A stretch of DNA of 57,369 bases, taken from the IMG/VR virus record IMGVR_UViG_3300046675_000098; one strand, written 5' to 3'. The DNA is from an uncultured virus (IMG/VR IMGVR_UViG_3300046675_000098). Taxonomy: Duplodnaviria; Heunggongvirae; Uroviricota; Caudoviricetes. Shown one piece after another: positions 44,424 to 53,970 of this stretch. The translations under genes and the position numbers were made by a program. The notes under the pieces are model-generated. The model was given only the letters and a program-made list of their open reading frames with translations. It had not been told where the DNA came from and made no database searches. Position 1 is the first letter of the stretch, and every line of letters begins with the position of its first letter.

Positions 44424-47113
44424 GGGTTCAGCGCTTGCCATCGGTTCCCGTCCCAGATCTTGGTATCTGTCTCCCATCGCGTGCCGTTCCACACTTCGAT
44501 CGGTGGTGCACCCACCTCCTGCATTTCCCAGGTTCCATTTCTGAACACGAAGACGCCTCCCGCGAACGTGACGATCGAGAGCGTGCCACCCTGAGCGGTA
44601 CTGATCCCCACTGAAGCGCCAGCAAGTGCCACCGCTCGTACCAGAATCCCGCTGACGGTACTGGTGCCATCAGAGCGCCCCGCCATCTGCACGGTCCCAT
44701 ACATGGCCCCGGTGACCGTTGACGAACCATCTGAACGTCCTGCCAGAGCCAGAGCCCGCACAAGGTTCCCTGAAGCAGTACCCGCGCCATCGGACTGGCC
44801 TGCCAGAGGCCGCAGCACAGACAGGGAACCAGTAGCACCGCCTACACCACCACTGGTACCAGATAGGAACTTGGCGCCCTGCGTCATGTCCCCTAGCGCC
44901 TGACTGGTGCCATCGCTCCGTCCGGCCAGGGCACGAGCGACAGGCATCCCCGAAGCTAGACCAGTGCTGGTACCGTCACTTTGAGCGCCCAAAGCCCGCT
45001 GGACGGGCATTCCGGTGGCTGAGCCGGTGCTGGAGCCGTCGCTCTGGCCTGCCAGTGCCCGCTGGACGTCCAAACGGGAGGCGGAAGCTGCTCCCACACC
45101 TGCCGAGGTCCCTGCGAGCGCCAGAGCGGTCCCCAGAGCGCTCGTGGTACCGCCTACACCGGCCGAAGTACCAGCGAGGCCTCGGGCCACGTTGGTAGTG
45201 GGCGCCGTAGCACTACCAACTCCATCAGACTGGCCAGCGAGGGCGTAGGCCACGTTCATCGCGCCGGAAGCGCCACTCGTACCATCAGACCGGCCCGCCA
45301 GTTGTACGACACCGCCAGCCAGCGTCCCTGCTGCTGCCGTGGACACCCCATCAGATCGCCCAGCCAGCGCACGAGCCACCGCCATGGTCGGTGTCGTGAT
45401 GCTCCCGACTCCCGCAGACGAGCCCGCCATAGCAACCGCAGCGTTCAGCAGGCCCGATGCCGCACTCGTACCGTCTGATTGTCCAGCGAGAGCTACCGGA
45501 CCACCGACGTGCCCAGCGATCCACTTGGCGTTGAGGTAGTTGAGGAGATTGGTCTGGTCGGTCGAGGTGAGCGCCGTGTTGTAGACGATCACGTCGCCGT
45601 ACTGGCCGGTGAACGGCGACCCCCACGACGGCGGCTCGTTGCCGATAGTGATGTCCTGCACGGTGAAGTTGCCGTTGGAGTCGGTCGGGTTCAACGTGGA
45701 TGGGACCCCATCCACGAACACCTGAATAGTTGAACCGTTACATACCGTCATGGCGACATGCCAAGCATTGATGGGCAGGTCGAATCCACTCTTGACGCCG
45801 TTGCGACTACACGACGGGAACGTGATCCCCAGGCCTGCGTCAGCCTCCTTGGAGAACAGCGCCATGTTCCCAGACCGGTTCCAGTCGCTGTCAGTTGTGA
45901 CGCCCGCGCTCAGGGCTCGGATGTACTGCGGGTCGGCGGTGCGGTTGAACACGATGACAGCGGTGAGCGTCGGTCCAGCGACGATGTTGGTACTACCGTC
46001 GTACACCAGACGCTCAGTGGTGTTACCACCCAAGGCCAGAGTGGAATGGCCGTTCTGGTTGGCCCCGACTGTGATCGTGCCACTGTCAGGGAACGCGACC
46101 ATGGTGTGCCCAGCGCCGGACTTGTCAGTGATCGACGTGACGTTGCTACCGGAGGTGACGAGCGAGTCGGACGGGTCCCACCAGCCAATGCACCCAGCGA
46201 TCTGTGTGGGGTCGAAGACAGAAGCAGCCTTGATCTCCAGACCACTCGCCATGTAGTTGGAGGCGGTATCCAGCCCGGTCCACGTGAAGGTGGACGAGCC
46301 ACCCCCGTTGATGTAGGCGGTACGTGCCTCGACACCCCATGCTGGGTGCACTTCGTTGAGGCCGGTGAACCCAGTCGGCAGCGTCGAGACGACCACCGAG
46401 TTGTCGGCGTGGATCACCGAGAAAACGAGCGACGAGGCTGCCGGTGCCGCGCCGAGCGTGCAGACGAAGGTTGTGGGACCGGCAGATTGGCGAGCCGTCG
46501 TTCCGCTCGTTGCTCCGATCGGTGAGGACGCTTGGCCGTTGACCTCGGTGACGTCAGCCCAGAGGAAGCCGTCCGTAGTGGTGGTGATGGTCCCACCATC
46601 AGCCGTAACGGCAAAGTGAACGGTGCCCGACCCGGGCGCAGAACCCATGGGACAAGTCCAGATCTCGACCTGCTCCATGTATTGACCGTTGGTGGTGACC
46701 GGAGCACGGGTACAGGTGGCCTGTTTGGTCCACGTCCCCTTGCCTGTCGTTCCGAACGTGTCGGACATGGCCACCGTGAGGCCCGAACCGCCGATGCCGT
46801 CATAGCGAGCATTTGCTATCAGTTTCACGACGAGGATCGAGCCAGCCGCAGGTGTGAACGCCGTTGACGTAGCCGCCATCGTGATGGTGCCGCCACTCGG
46901 TCCGGCCTGGAACGTCCCGCGATCCGTGGGTGTGAGAGCACTGACAACAGACGCAGGAGGCAGACCAGAGTTGACGGTCCGCGACGGGAGGCCAGCCCCC
47001 AAGGTGAACTCTAGATTCTCCAACCCATATGTCGTGGCCTCTGTGGCCACACCACTGAAGACTTGCGAACCCAGTGGCAGGGCGTTACCCGGAGTGGTGG
47101 CGTATCCGGGCAT
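44420..47113 (-). CDS. virion fibre/decoration protein: LamG-like domain plus ~15 Ala/Gly/Ser repeats
   Basis: WWDP.D...DKSG.G LamG start; tandem (A)LAGxSDGxS units. Confidence 0.75.
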   Translation of the reverse strand: MPGYATTPGNALPLGSQVFSGVATEATTYGLENLEFTLGAGLPSRTVNSGLPPASVVSALTPTDRGTFQAGPSGGTITMAATSTAFTPAAGSILVVKLIANARYDGIGGSGLTVAMSDTFGTTGKGTWTKQATCTRAPVTTNGQYMEQVEIWTCPMGSAPGSGTVHFAVTADGGTITTTTDGFLWADVTEVNGQASSPIGATSGTTARQSAGPTTFVCTLGAAPAASSLVFSVIHADNSVVVSTLPTGFTGLNEVHPAWGVEARTAYINGGGSSTFTWTGLDTASNYMASGLEIKAASVFDPTQIAGCIGWWDPSDSLVTSGSNVTSITDKSGAGHTMVAFPDSGTITVGANQNGHSTLALGGNTTERLVYDGSTNIVAGPTLTAVIVFNRTADPQYIRALSAGVTTDSDWNRSGNMALFSKEADAGLGITFPSCSRNGVKSGFDLPINAWHVAMTVCNGSTIQVFVDGVPSTLNPTDSNGNFTVQDITIGNEPPSWGSPFTGQYGDVIVYNTALTSTDQTNLLNYLNAKWIAGHVGGPVALAGQSDGTSAASGLLNAAVAMAGSSAGVGSITTPTMAVARALAGRSDGVSTAAAGTLAGGVVQLAGRSDGTSGASGAMNVAYALAGQSDGVGSATAPTTNVARGLAGTSAGVGGTTSALGTALALAGTSAGVGAASASRLDVQRALAGQSDGSSTGSATGMPVQRALGAQSDGTSTGLASGMPVARALAGRSDGTSQALGDMTQGAKFLSGTSGGVGGATGSLSVLRPLAGQSDGAGTASGNLVRALALAGRSDGSSTVTGAMYGTVQMAGRSDGTSTVSGILVRAVALAGASVGISTAQGGTLSIVTFAGGVFVFRNGTWEMQEVGAPPIEVWNGTRWETDTKIWDGNRWQALNP

Positions 47114-47116
47114 AGG

Positions 47117-47551
47117 TTACTCGTCGTAGACGAAGTACCCCGAGAACGTCGAAGTCGAAGCGCCAATGTTCCACACCACCAACTCAGCCGGACCGGAGGG
47201 CACGATTAACCCGGTCGGGAACGACCAGATGATGCCCGCACCGATAGTGGCCGGTATGCCGAAGCGTCTGAAGTAGTTGGCGGGCACGGTGGGTTTGGTG
47301 GACGCCGCCACCTGGCCGGTGCACGAGGCCGCACCAGACGACGTGTCTTCCGCTTGTGGTGTCAGCGTGGTCGGCGTGAGCGAGATAGCAGCAGGACGAC
47401 CAAGGCCAACGTCCGTGGCGGCGGCGGTACCACCTGACATGTACACACCGATTTCCCAGATACGCATGTCCTTGGCTGCCGTCGTACGCATCCAGGCCAG
47501 CGCTGAGTTCGAGACACCGACGACGTTCCAAGCAAGTCCGAAGCGAGACAT
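47117..47551 (-). CDS. hypothetical virion protein
   Basis: start MSRFGL at 47551, TGATG coupling. Confidence 0.65.
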   Translation of the reverse strand: MSRFGLAWNVVGVSNSALAWMRTTAAKDMRIWEIGVYMSGGTAAATDVGLGRPAAISLTPTTLTPQAEDTSSGAASCTGQVAASTKPTVPANYFRRFGIPATIGAGIIWSFPTGLIVPSGPAELVVWNIGASTSTFSGYFVYDE

Positions 47552-47847
47552 CAGGGCACCACCTCGTAGATAGCGTTGAACTCGGCGTCGGTGTAGGTGA
47601 CCATCAGGTCGTTCTCGTTGCATACGACCCAGTTGTCGATCGGCACAGTCAGATCGCCCGAGGTCTGAACGCCATCGAGAGTCTGGACACCGATGATGAA
47701 CTCGGTGTGGTCGCTGTCGGAGGCGAAGGACCAACGCACGTCGATGGGGACGGTGGCCGTCGCCATCCAGGTGTTCATCTCATCAGCGTTCGTGCCAGTC
47801 CATTGCAGAGCCTCGACCACGATCGGCTTCCGGCTGTACTGCGCCAT
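47551..47847 (-). CDS. conserved phage protein (YxxKPxVxEAxQW family)
   Basis: YSRKPIVVEALQWTG...F...YE. Confidence 0.7.
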   Translation of the reverse strand: MAQYSRKPIVVEALQWTGTNADEMNTWMATATVPIDVRWSFASDSDHTEFIIGVQTLDGVQTSGDLTVPIDNWVVCNENDLMVTYTDAEFNAIYEVVP

Positions 47848-48248
47848 CAGTCCTCGGTCAGAACAAGCTGCCCCGCGGCGAAGCTCGGCGTGTCACCGTT
47901 GAGCACCGGCTTGGGGGTGGTCAACGTGCCCCACATGAGTTGGGTACCACCTGGCACCGTCGTAGCGAAGGCCACAATGGTGCCCCAGTCAGCAGTGGCC
48001 TGGGCGAAGGTGATGACGGCATTGTTGGACACCGACCCCGCCGCAGGTGTCCCCCACTTGCCCTTGGAGTCCACCGGTACGTAGCTACCGCCTGTGACCT
48101 CAGTGCCCGTGGTCGAGTCGGTGGGTGCAACGGTGAACAGCTTGACCGGCACCGTGGCGAGCGCGGTCGTGGTGACGAGGGTGGTCGCCTGGCCAGTAGC
48201 CATCTTGAGGACATCGATTTCCCAGGCGTCGGACTTGGAACCTGCCAT
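47847..48248 (-). CDS. fibre-associated structural protein
   Basis: L.T..P.D...EV.GGSY...ITF..AT..WGTI motif pattern. Confidence 0.7.
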   Translation of the reverse strand: MAGSKSDAWEIDVLKMATGQATTLVTTTALATVPVKLFTVAPTDSTTGTEVTGGSYVPVDSKGKWGTPAAGSVSNNAVITFAQATADWGTIVAFATTVPGGTQLMWGTLTTPKPVLNGDTPSFAAGQLVLTED

Positions 48249-48257
48249 GACTCACTC

Positions 48258-48482
48258 CTAAGGCTTGACCCAGATCATCCCCACAGTGGGGGCGACGGGT
48301 TCGGTTGCTGACACAACAACACCGCCAGCCGGACCAGGAGGACCAGCCGGACCTTCGGGACCGACAGGACCCGTCTCACCTTCGATGACGGGGGAGACGA
48401 TGACCGGCGCTCCTGCGCCCCCAGGAACGATCACCTGCGGCGCACTGGTGCCCTGCACGTTGATGCGGACGGGGCTAGGCAT
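48258..48482 (-). CDS. short collagen-like structural protein
   Basis: G-X-Y run GETGPVGPEGPAGPPGPAG. Confidence 0.65.
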   Translation of the reverse strand: MPSPVRINVQGTSAPQVIVPGGAGAPVIVSPVIEGETGPVGPEGPAGPPGPAGGVVVSATEPVAPTVGMIWVKP

Positions 48483-49143
48483 AGGGGATCACGTGCCAGT
48501 TGCTCGGCGGGTAGAGATCCGGCTGCGTCACCTGCGTGTCCACCGTGGCCTTGCCCGTCAGCCAGGTACGGGTGGTCCACGCGTCCACCAGGAGCGGGTC
48601 CTCCCACTGCTTGGTCTGGAGATCCCAGAGGTAGTGCCCGGGCCAGATCGTGCCCCCAGTGAGCGTGACCATGGTCCCCGGCCCCAGGTTGCTGAAGTCG
48701 TCCAGGAACTCGGTAGTGATGGTGAAGGTCATCACGTACCGGTACCCGGGCCACGTGGGTGGCCACCAGTAACCGTAGTAGTACCAACCCTCGGCGCGCA
48801 CCTGAGACGTCCACTGGGTCATCACCCAGGTGAGCCCGAGAGTGTCGGTGGGCTTCACATCGGTCCAGCAGACGCCGTCGAAGTAGAACTGGAACTCAGC
48901 GGTGTCCCCGGCTACCCAGTGCAGGTCGTACTCATCCGGGGTCTGGCTGGTCGAGCCAGTGCTGGCAGCGTTTGTACCTGTTCCCGAACCATTACTACCA
49001 CTGACACTGACACCGGGCAGGAACGTGCTCGGGGGCACAAAGTCAGTGGCGTAGGGGCTGATCTCAGGACCCTCTCCCCAGATCTGCACGCTCTGGCTGA
49101 TCGGGGAGGGCGTGTCATTGAAGGTCTGCTGCTGGCTCGGCAC
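48475..49143 (-). CDS. structural protein (BppU/Ig-like)
   Basis: DL...GDT..F, WDLQ, T.L.G...V...VT. Confidence 0.6.
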   Translation of the reverse strand: MPSQQQTFNDTPSPISQSVQIWGEGPEISPYATDFVPPSTFLPGVSVSGSNGSGTGTNAASTGSTSQTPDEYDLHWVAGDTAEFQFYFDGVCWTDVKPTDTLGLTWVMTQWTSQVRAEGWYYYGYWWPPTWPGYRYVMTFTITTEFLDDFSNLGPGTMVTLTGGTIWPGHYLWDLQTKQWEDPLLVDAWTTRTWLTGKATVDTQVTQPDLYPPSNWHVIPYA

Positions 49144-49151
49144 AGGTCACC

Positions 49152-50690
49152 TCACGTCTTGATGTACAGGTACATGCCCATGAAGGGAGGACGGATGTCG
49201 ATCGGAACTCCTCCTCCCACCGTGTTCTCGGTGATGGGGTGCGAGTGGGGTGCACCACCGCTGTCGATGGTGACGGGGTGCGTGTGCGTAGCAGCAGGCG
49301 TGAGAACGTGATCGTGCTGTGAAGACGTCGGCATGAGTGAGATGTTGGTGACACCCTGACCGAGGATGTTGAGGTTCGCGCCAGTGCTCGGCGGCATGGT
49401 GATGTCCTGGTTACCCAGAGCGAACCCCTCGACACCTGTTCCTTGTGGCACCTTCGTGAGGTACGCAGTGTTGGGCGCTGTCGTCGGATGCGTGTGCCCC
49501 AGGTCCCTGACATCATGCACGTGCTGGCCGTCCGTCTGGGTGGAGTGCCCGTGGGCTCCTGCGGGCGCCGTCGAGGCCGTATGGATGTGGGCGCCACCGG
49601 CATCGGTCGTGGGGCTCGCCAGGTGGTGGTGCGGAGGCATGTTGTCCACGGTCAACGTCACCTGGCTCGACGCGTTGCCGTCCTTCACCCCCGGCGTACC
49701 CCAACCGAAGAAGCAGTTGGTAGCGTTCGGTAGCACCATGTTGACCCCGGAACGCCACGACGGGAACATGTTCCAGAGCCCACCCGCCGCCGCCTGGGTG
49801 ACCGTCTGGCCGTTCATGAGCAGCCAGCCCACGGGAGGCGTGGGCATCATGCCGGTCATCGTCATGCCGGTGGGGATGACGTTCGTGGACAACTGGGTCC
49901 ACGCCCCCGCCTGGAAGACCCACACGGTACCAGTGGTGGTGTTCTTGTAGAGGTCTCCTGGTGACTCACTACCGGTAGGAGTGGGGTCGTAGAATCCATG
50001 ACCGAAGTTGTGGGCGGTGATGTCCCCGCCGATGGTGACATTCCCCGTCGCGGTGAGGACGCTCACCAGGAGGTTGGCGACGTCGAGCGTGCTGGTCAGC
50101 TTGAGCTTGCCCGCCGCCGTGCGCTCCAGCGCAGTGTCGTTGAGCCACTGCATCTTGCCGTAGGGATCGATCGAGAAGAGATTCCGAAGCGCCTGCCCAG
50201 CCGTGGGGTCCTGGTTACTCAACAGCATCCCGCCGTTGAGGATGGCCGTGGCGAAGCGCTGCGGGATCATGATGCGCTTGTCGGTCACCTGCGCCTGCCC
50301 GGGCGGTGTGGACCCAGGCAGGATCAGGATCGAGGCGAAGATGCACACGGTGCCGTCGTAGTACGGGAAGACCGGGTTCGGGCTCGGGGTGCCACCGATG
50401 ATGATGACGCCACCGGCCGAGTTACCAGCGATCAGGTCGAAGCGGGGATTGTTGGTGGAGACAGTCAGAGAGACCTGCCCGCTCCCCGTCGCGACCTGAC
50501 CGTTGACCACCCACACGCCCTGCGCCACGTTGACCGTGGACGAGCCCGTGACCGCTACATCGCAGCCCGAGATCACGCCATAGCGCAGGTTGCCCAGGAG
50601 GTTGAAGTCCAGGGCATCAGGCTCGGCCATGTCGAGGTTGGCCCCGACATCAGGCGAGTTGAGGACGATGTACCCGGCCCGCGGCGGCAT
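49152..50690 (-). CDS. fibre protein with tail-collar domain and HxH metal-binding needle
   Basis: P.GWLLMNGQ collar motif; eight HxH motifs; PP....YIK C-terminus. Confidence 0.8.
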   Translation of the reverse strand: MPPRAGYIVLNSPDVGANLDMAEPDALDFNLLGNLRYGVISGCDVAVTGSSTVNVAQGVWVVNGQVATGSGQVSLTVSTNNPRFDLIAGNSAGGVIIIGGTPSPNPVFPYYDGTVCIFASILILPGSTPPGQAQVTDKRIMIPQRFATAILNGGMLLSNQDPTAGQALRNLFSIDPYGKMQWLNDTALERTAAGKLKLTSTLDVANLLVSVLTATGNVTIGGDITAHNFGHGFYDPTPTGSESPGDLYKNTTTGTVWVFQAGAWTQLSTNVIPTGMTMTGMMPTPPVGWLLMNGQTVTQAAAGGLWNMFPSWRSGVNMVLPNATNCFFGWGTPGVKDGNASSQVTLTVDNMPPHHHLASPTTDAGGAHIHTASTAPAGAHGHSTQTDGQHVHDVRDLGHTHPTTAPNTAYLTKVPQGTGVEGFALGNQDITMPPSTGANLNILGQGVTNISLMPTSSQHDHVLTPAATHTHPVTIDSGGAPHSHPITENTVGGGVPIDIRPPFMGMYLYIKT

Positions 50691-50691
50691 G

Positions 50692-51255
50692 TCAGAGGAG
50701 AGCTTCCAGGTGAGGCAACAGCGTGGCCCGGTTCTTCCCGGCTACCTCAGCGTCGATCAGCGCCTGCACCTGATCGGGGTTGTTCTCAGCGAACTCGATG
50801 ACCTCGGGCACCGTGTGGGCGCCAGGGTCGTAGGCCACCTCCACGTCAGCCTGCTCACTGGGCGGCAGCGCTTCAGCCTGAACCTGGGCCTCAGGCTGCA
50901 CCATCCGGGGCGTACCCGAGAACGGCTTGACCGTGGTGACGTAGGTACCGTTGGCCAGCGGTGGCGTCCCCGCACCAGACACGGTGCAGGTGATGGTCTG
51001 GTTGGTACCAGCCGCACCTGCCGGGAAGGTGACGACCGTGGATGCCCCCGTCGTCGGGTTGCACACGCCCGAAGCACTGGCCGTCCAGGCGTAGTCGGCC
51101 GGGTTCGTGGTACCACGAGGCCCCGTGGTGGTCACGGTGTACTGCAAGCCGTTGTTGGCGTTCTGCTGGGCCTTGGCGCCCGCAGGCGAGGACTGAACGA
51201 CTCCCGGAGAGTCGGTGTACATCGTGTTGGGACCGTGGACGGTCACCATGCTCAT
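50692..51255 (-). CDS. Ig-like protein with small C-terminal helical domain
   Basis: YDP..HTV.EV...E..GKNR.TLL. Confidence 0.6.
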   Translation of the reverse strand: MSMVTVHGPNTMYTDSPGVVQSSPAGAKAQQNANNGLQYTVTTTGPRGTTNPADYAWTASASGVCNPTTGASTVVTFPAGAAGTNQTITCTVSGAGTPPLANGTYVTTVKPFSGTPRMVQPEAQVQAEALPPSEQADVEVAYDPGAHTVPEVIEFAENNPDQVQALIDAEVAGKNRATLLPHLEALL

Positions 51256-51259
51256 TGGG

Positions 51260-51664
51260 CTACCTCCGCGCCATGCGCTCGTTGTAGGGGAAGGGCTGCT
51301 CCATCAGGAAGTCGAGGCGCGCCAGTTCGTAGGCGACAGCCTTCGGCACCTTGTAGCGCACACCAGCCTTGAAGGCCATGTGCACGATCGGCACACCGAG
51401 GGTCATGTCCTCGATGTCGGTGTGCGTGCGGATCACCCAGACCGGAGAGTCTTCCTCCTGCTGCTCCTGGAGAGCCATCGGAAGCTCTTGGACCTCGTCC
51501 ACCACATGCGGCGCACCGAAGAGCCCCGCCATCGTTGACACACCAGGGGTGACCTCGCCACCCTCTTCCGAGACCTCCACCGGCCGCATCTCACTGGCCG
51601 GAAGGTCCGGGTCGTGGATGTCAGTGTCAGTGGCTCCGGGAGCACGTCGTTGTTGGGCCATCAC
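51260..51664 (-). CDS. conserved head-associated hypothetical protein
   Basis: directly downstream of capsid; F.AG..YKVP..VA..L. Confidence 0.65.
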   Translation of the reverse strand: MMAQQRRAPGATDTDIHDPDLPASEMRPVEVSEEGGEVTPGVSTMAGLFGAPHVVDEVQELPMALQEQQEEDSPVWVIRTHTDIEDMTLGVPIVHMAFKAGVRYKVPKAVAYELARLDFLMEQPFPYNERMARR

Positions 51665-51683
51665 ATCTCCTGTTCCGTGGAAA

Positions 51684-51705
51684 GAGGGGGCCGAGTGGCC
51701 CCCTC
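51684..51705 (-). terminator. terminator after major capsid gene
   Basis: GAGGGGGCC-GAGT-GGCCCCCTC followed by TTT on the minus strand. Confidence 0.7.
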
Positions 51706-51737
51706 CGTCCTGTCACTTGACGGCGGGCGCCGCCAGA

Positions 51738-53045
51738 TCAGTTGGTCTGGATGCGGACGACGGCGGAATCGGTGATCGTGCCGAAGCCCCAGATCCCGTA
51801 CCAGGCCAGTGCATGCTCACGGCCGAAGTCGAGCACGCCGCCGTCCCGAAGCTCCACGGGGAGGCTGATGGCATGACCGAAGGCGTTGTCCCCGATCATC
51901 AACCCCTCGAAGATGTTGTCGGGGTTGGTGGTGGTACCACCGCCAGGCCAGTACTCGCCCCATCCGGGCATCACGTTGGCGCCGGGACCGACTGACTCGT
52001 AGCCACCGGTCTGCGGCTGGGTGATGTCCGTGGTGGACGACACTGTCGTGTCCGACGCGACGTCGGTACGCCAGTAGGCAGCCGCCACCGAGGGATCGAG
52101 CGCCAACGTGGGCGGCATCTGGCCAGCAGCCAGCGGAACACCGATCTGCGTGGTCTCGATGAAGACCACATCGTTCAGGCGCCCGATCTCGCCCAGCATG
52201 AAGTTGCCCGGGGCCGCGTACTTCGTGACCTCGATGAACTCCGGGGTGTCACGGAGACGACGGCTCTGGTGCGGGTGCACCAACATCACGTAGGTCTCCC
52301 CGAGGCGGGGGATGTTCTTCGACGCCATCATCTCGACGGCGTCCTTCACCGTCGCCATGGTGAGGTAGAAGTACGGCGCACCCGTAGCGGCCACTGACAC
52401 TGACGTGCCTACGGTGCCGGGGTTGTAGATGCCGTAGCCGACGTTGATGGCCGTGGTCGAGGTGTCGTAGCCGTACACCGCCGACGACGAGCGCTGGAGT
52501 GCCGTGCGGGCCTGCGTGTCGATGTACAGCGCCATGTTGCGCCCGAGGAGCCGCGAGGCCGAGGCCATCACGTCATCGAAGCTGGCGTTGAGCAGCAGTT
52601 CCGTCACCGAGACGGCAAAGCCCTGCTCAGCCACTTTTATTTGGTACTGCTGCGCGCTGAGAGCGTAGGTCCGCATGCGGACACCCTCGACCAGGGGACC
52701 GGCAGGGATCGGCAGGTTGTTGTAACGCATGAAGTTGACGGTCAGTCCAGGCATGATGCCCAGTTCCGTCTTCTTGACCGCGAACTGCTCGAATCTCAGG
52801 ACCGGCATGGCCTGAAAGAGGATCTCCTTCGACCAGATGACCTGGATCGCTGGACCCATCATGGACGAGGCCGTGGTGGGGGCGACGGAGTAGCCGCCAC
52901 TCCCATCAGGACCAGCAGCCATGTTGTAGCCAGCGGCGTTGCCGTAGACGCTGTACTGGGCGCCGCCAGCGACTTGGTTGGTACCGGTGACCGCGGACCC
53001 GGTGGGGAACGGGCTACCGATCGGGGCTGGTGTTGCGTTGGCCAT
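51738..53045 (-). CDS. major capsid protein (N4-gp56 family-like)
   Basis: WSKEILFQAMP.LRFEQFA, HPHQ..LR, GEIG....V.FIET, DFGR...AWY. Confidence 0.9.
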   Translation of the reverse strand: MANATPAPIGSPFPTGSAVTGTNQVAGGAQYSVYGNAAGYNMAAGPDGSGGYSVAPTTASSMMGPAIQVIWSKEILFQAMPVLRFEQFAVKKTELGIMPGLTVNFMRYNNLPIPAGPLVEGVRMRTYALSAQQYQIKVAEQGFAVSVTELLLNASFDDVMASASRLLGRNMALYIDTQARTALQRSSSAVYGYDTSTTAINVGYGIYNPGTVGTSVSVAATGAPYFYLTMATVKDAVEMMASKNIPRLGETYVMLVHPHQSRRLRDTPEFIEVTKYAAPGNFMLGEIGRLNDVVFIETTQIGVPLAAGQMPPTLALDPSVAAAYWRTDVASDTTVSSTTDITQPQTGGYESVGPGANVMPGWGEYWPGGGTTTNPDNIFEGLMIGDNAFGHAISLPVELRDGGVLDFGREHALAWYGIWGFGTITDSAVVRIQTN

Positions 53046-53085
53046 TACTGCTCACTTCCCTTCCAGATGGAAGACGTTGTTGTGT

Positions 53086-53943
53086 CTACTGGGCCTGGCG
53101 CTGGTTGAGGCCTTGGGCTCCTGCTCGGGAAGCGATCCCCAGTAGTTGGTCGCGATAAATAGCGAACGTCTTGTTGTCCATCTGACGGATTTCATCCGCC
53201 GAAAGGGTCTGTGTAGCCATCTGTTGTTCCATTGGCCCCACTGGCGGCGCTCCGGTGGGGGCCACTCCCCGGATCGGTCCTCGTTGCTGTGTCACCGCTG
53301 CTTGGAGATTCTGCACGATGGTAGCCGTGCGCTGCTTCATGATCTCGATGGCGTTGTCGATCTCAGCCGGGTTGGAGCCGATGATCAGGTCCCGAAGCTC
53401 GGGCAAGATCCACTCCTGCTCCTGCTCGATGCGGTCACGCCGGTAGTCCTGGAGTTGTGTGAACTGGCGCTCCTGCGCGAAGATGGCCAGGTCACGCTCC
53501 CGCTGGGACTCGATGTCAGCCAGGCGGGTGTTCCACTCCTGGTCCTTCTTCTCCAGGAGTTGACGCACGTCCAAGGCCTCTTCAGCCTTGGCCTGGGCCT
53601 CGGCGGCAAGGCGCTCCTGCTCCTGCTGCGCCTGCGCCTCACGGGCCTCACGGTCCTGGCGAAGCTGATCTAGCTCCCTCTCCATCTCGGTCATCCGGCC
53701 GTAGAGCTTGTCCTTCTCCTCGGTGCGAATCGCCCCGACCTCTTCCTCGGTGAAGAACCGCTGCCCCTGCGGGCCAGGCTGACCCTGCCCACCAGGGCCG
53801 TTGTTGATGACAACATGCGGTACCTGTCCACCGCTCTGCTGCATGGCTAGAAGGTCTGCCTGGGTCATGGGTGGGGTGCGCGGGTCAGCGCCCGTGATGA
53901 ACCCGTTGCCGGTGTCGCCGGAATGCGTTGCTTGGTCACTCAT
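53086..53943 (-). CDS. capsid scaffolding protein
   Basis: coiled-coil, R.EEK.KLY; located between portal and capsid. Confidence 0.8.
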   Translation of the reverse strand: MSDQATHSGDTGNGFITGADPRTPPMTQADLLAMQQSGGQVPHVVINNGPGGQGQPGPQGQRFFTEEEVGAIRTEEKDKLYGRMTEMERELDQLRQDREAREAQAQQEQERLAAEAQAKAEEALDVRQLLEKKDQEWNTRLADIESQRERDLAIFAQERQFTQLQDYRRDRIEQEQEWILPELRDLIIGSNPAEIDNAIEIMKQRTATIVQNLQAAVTQQRGPIRGVAPTGAPPVGPMEQQMATQTLSADEIRQMDNKTFAIYRDQLLGIASRAGAQGLNQRQAQ

Positions 53944-53970
53944 AGGGTCTCGTTCTCCATGTTGTCACAC

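Larger units (their letters stand above)
1465..52404. repeat. dispersed exact 13-mer CACTGACACTGAC, 14 copies
   Basis: forward copies start at 1465, 6039, 17477, 22573, 30928, 48999 and 52392; reverse (GTCAGTGTCAGTG) at 2239, 11431, 16449, 19953, 23103, 31126 and 51620. Confidence 0.92.
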
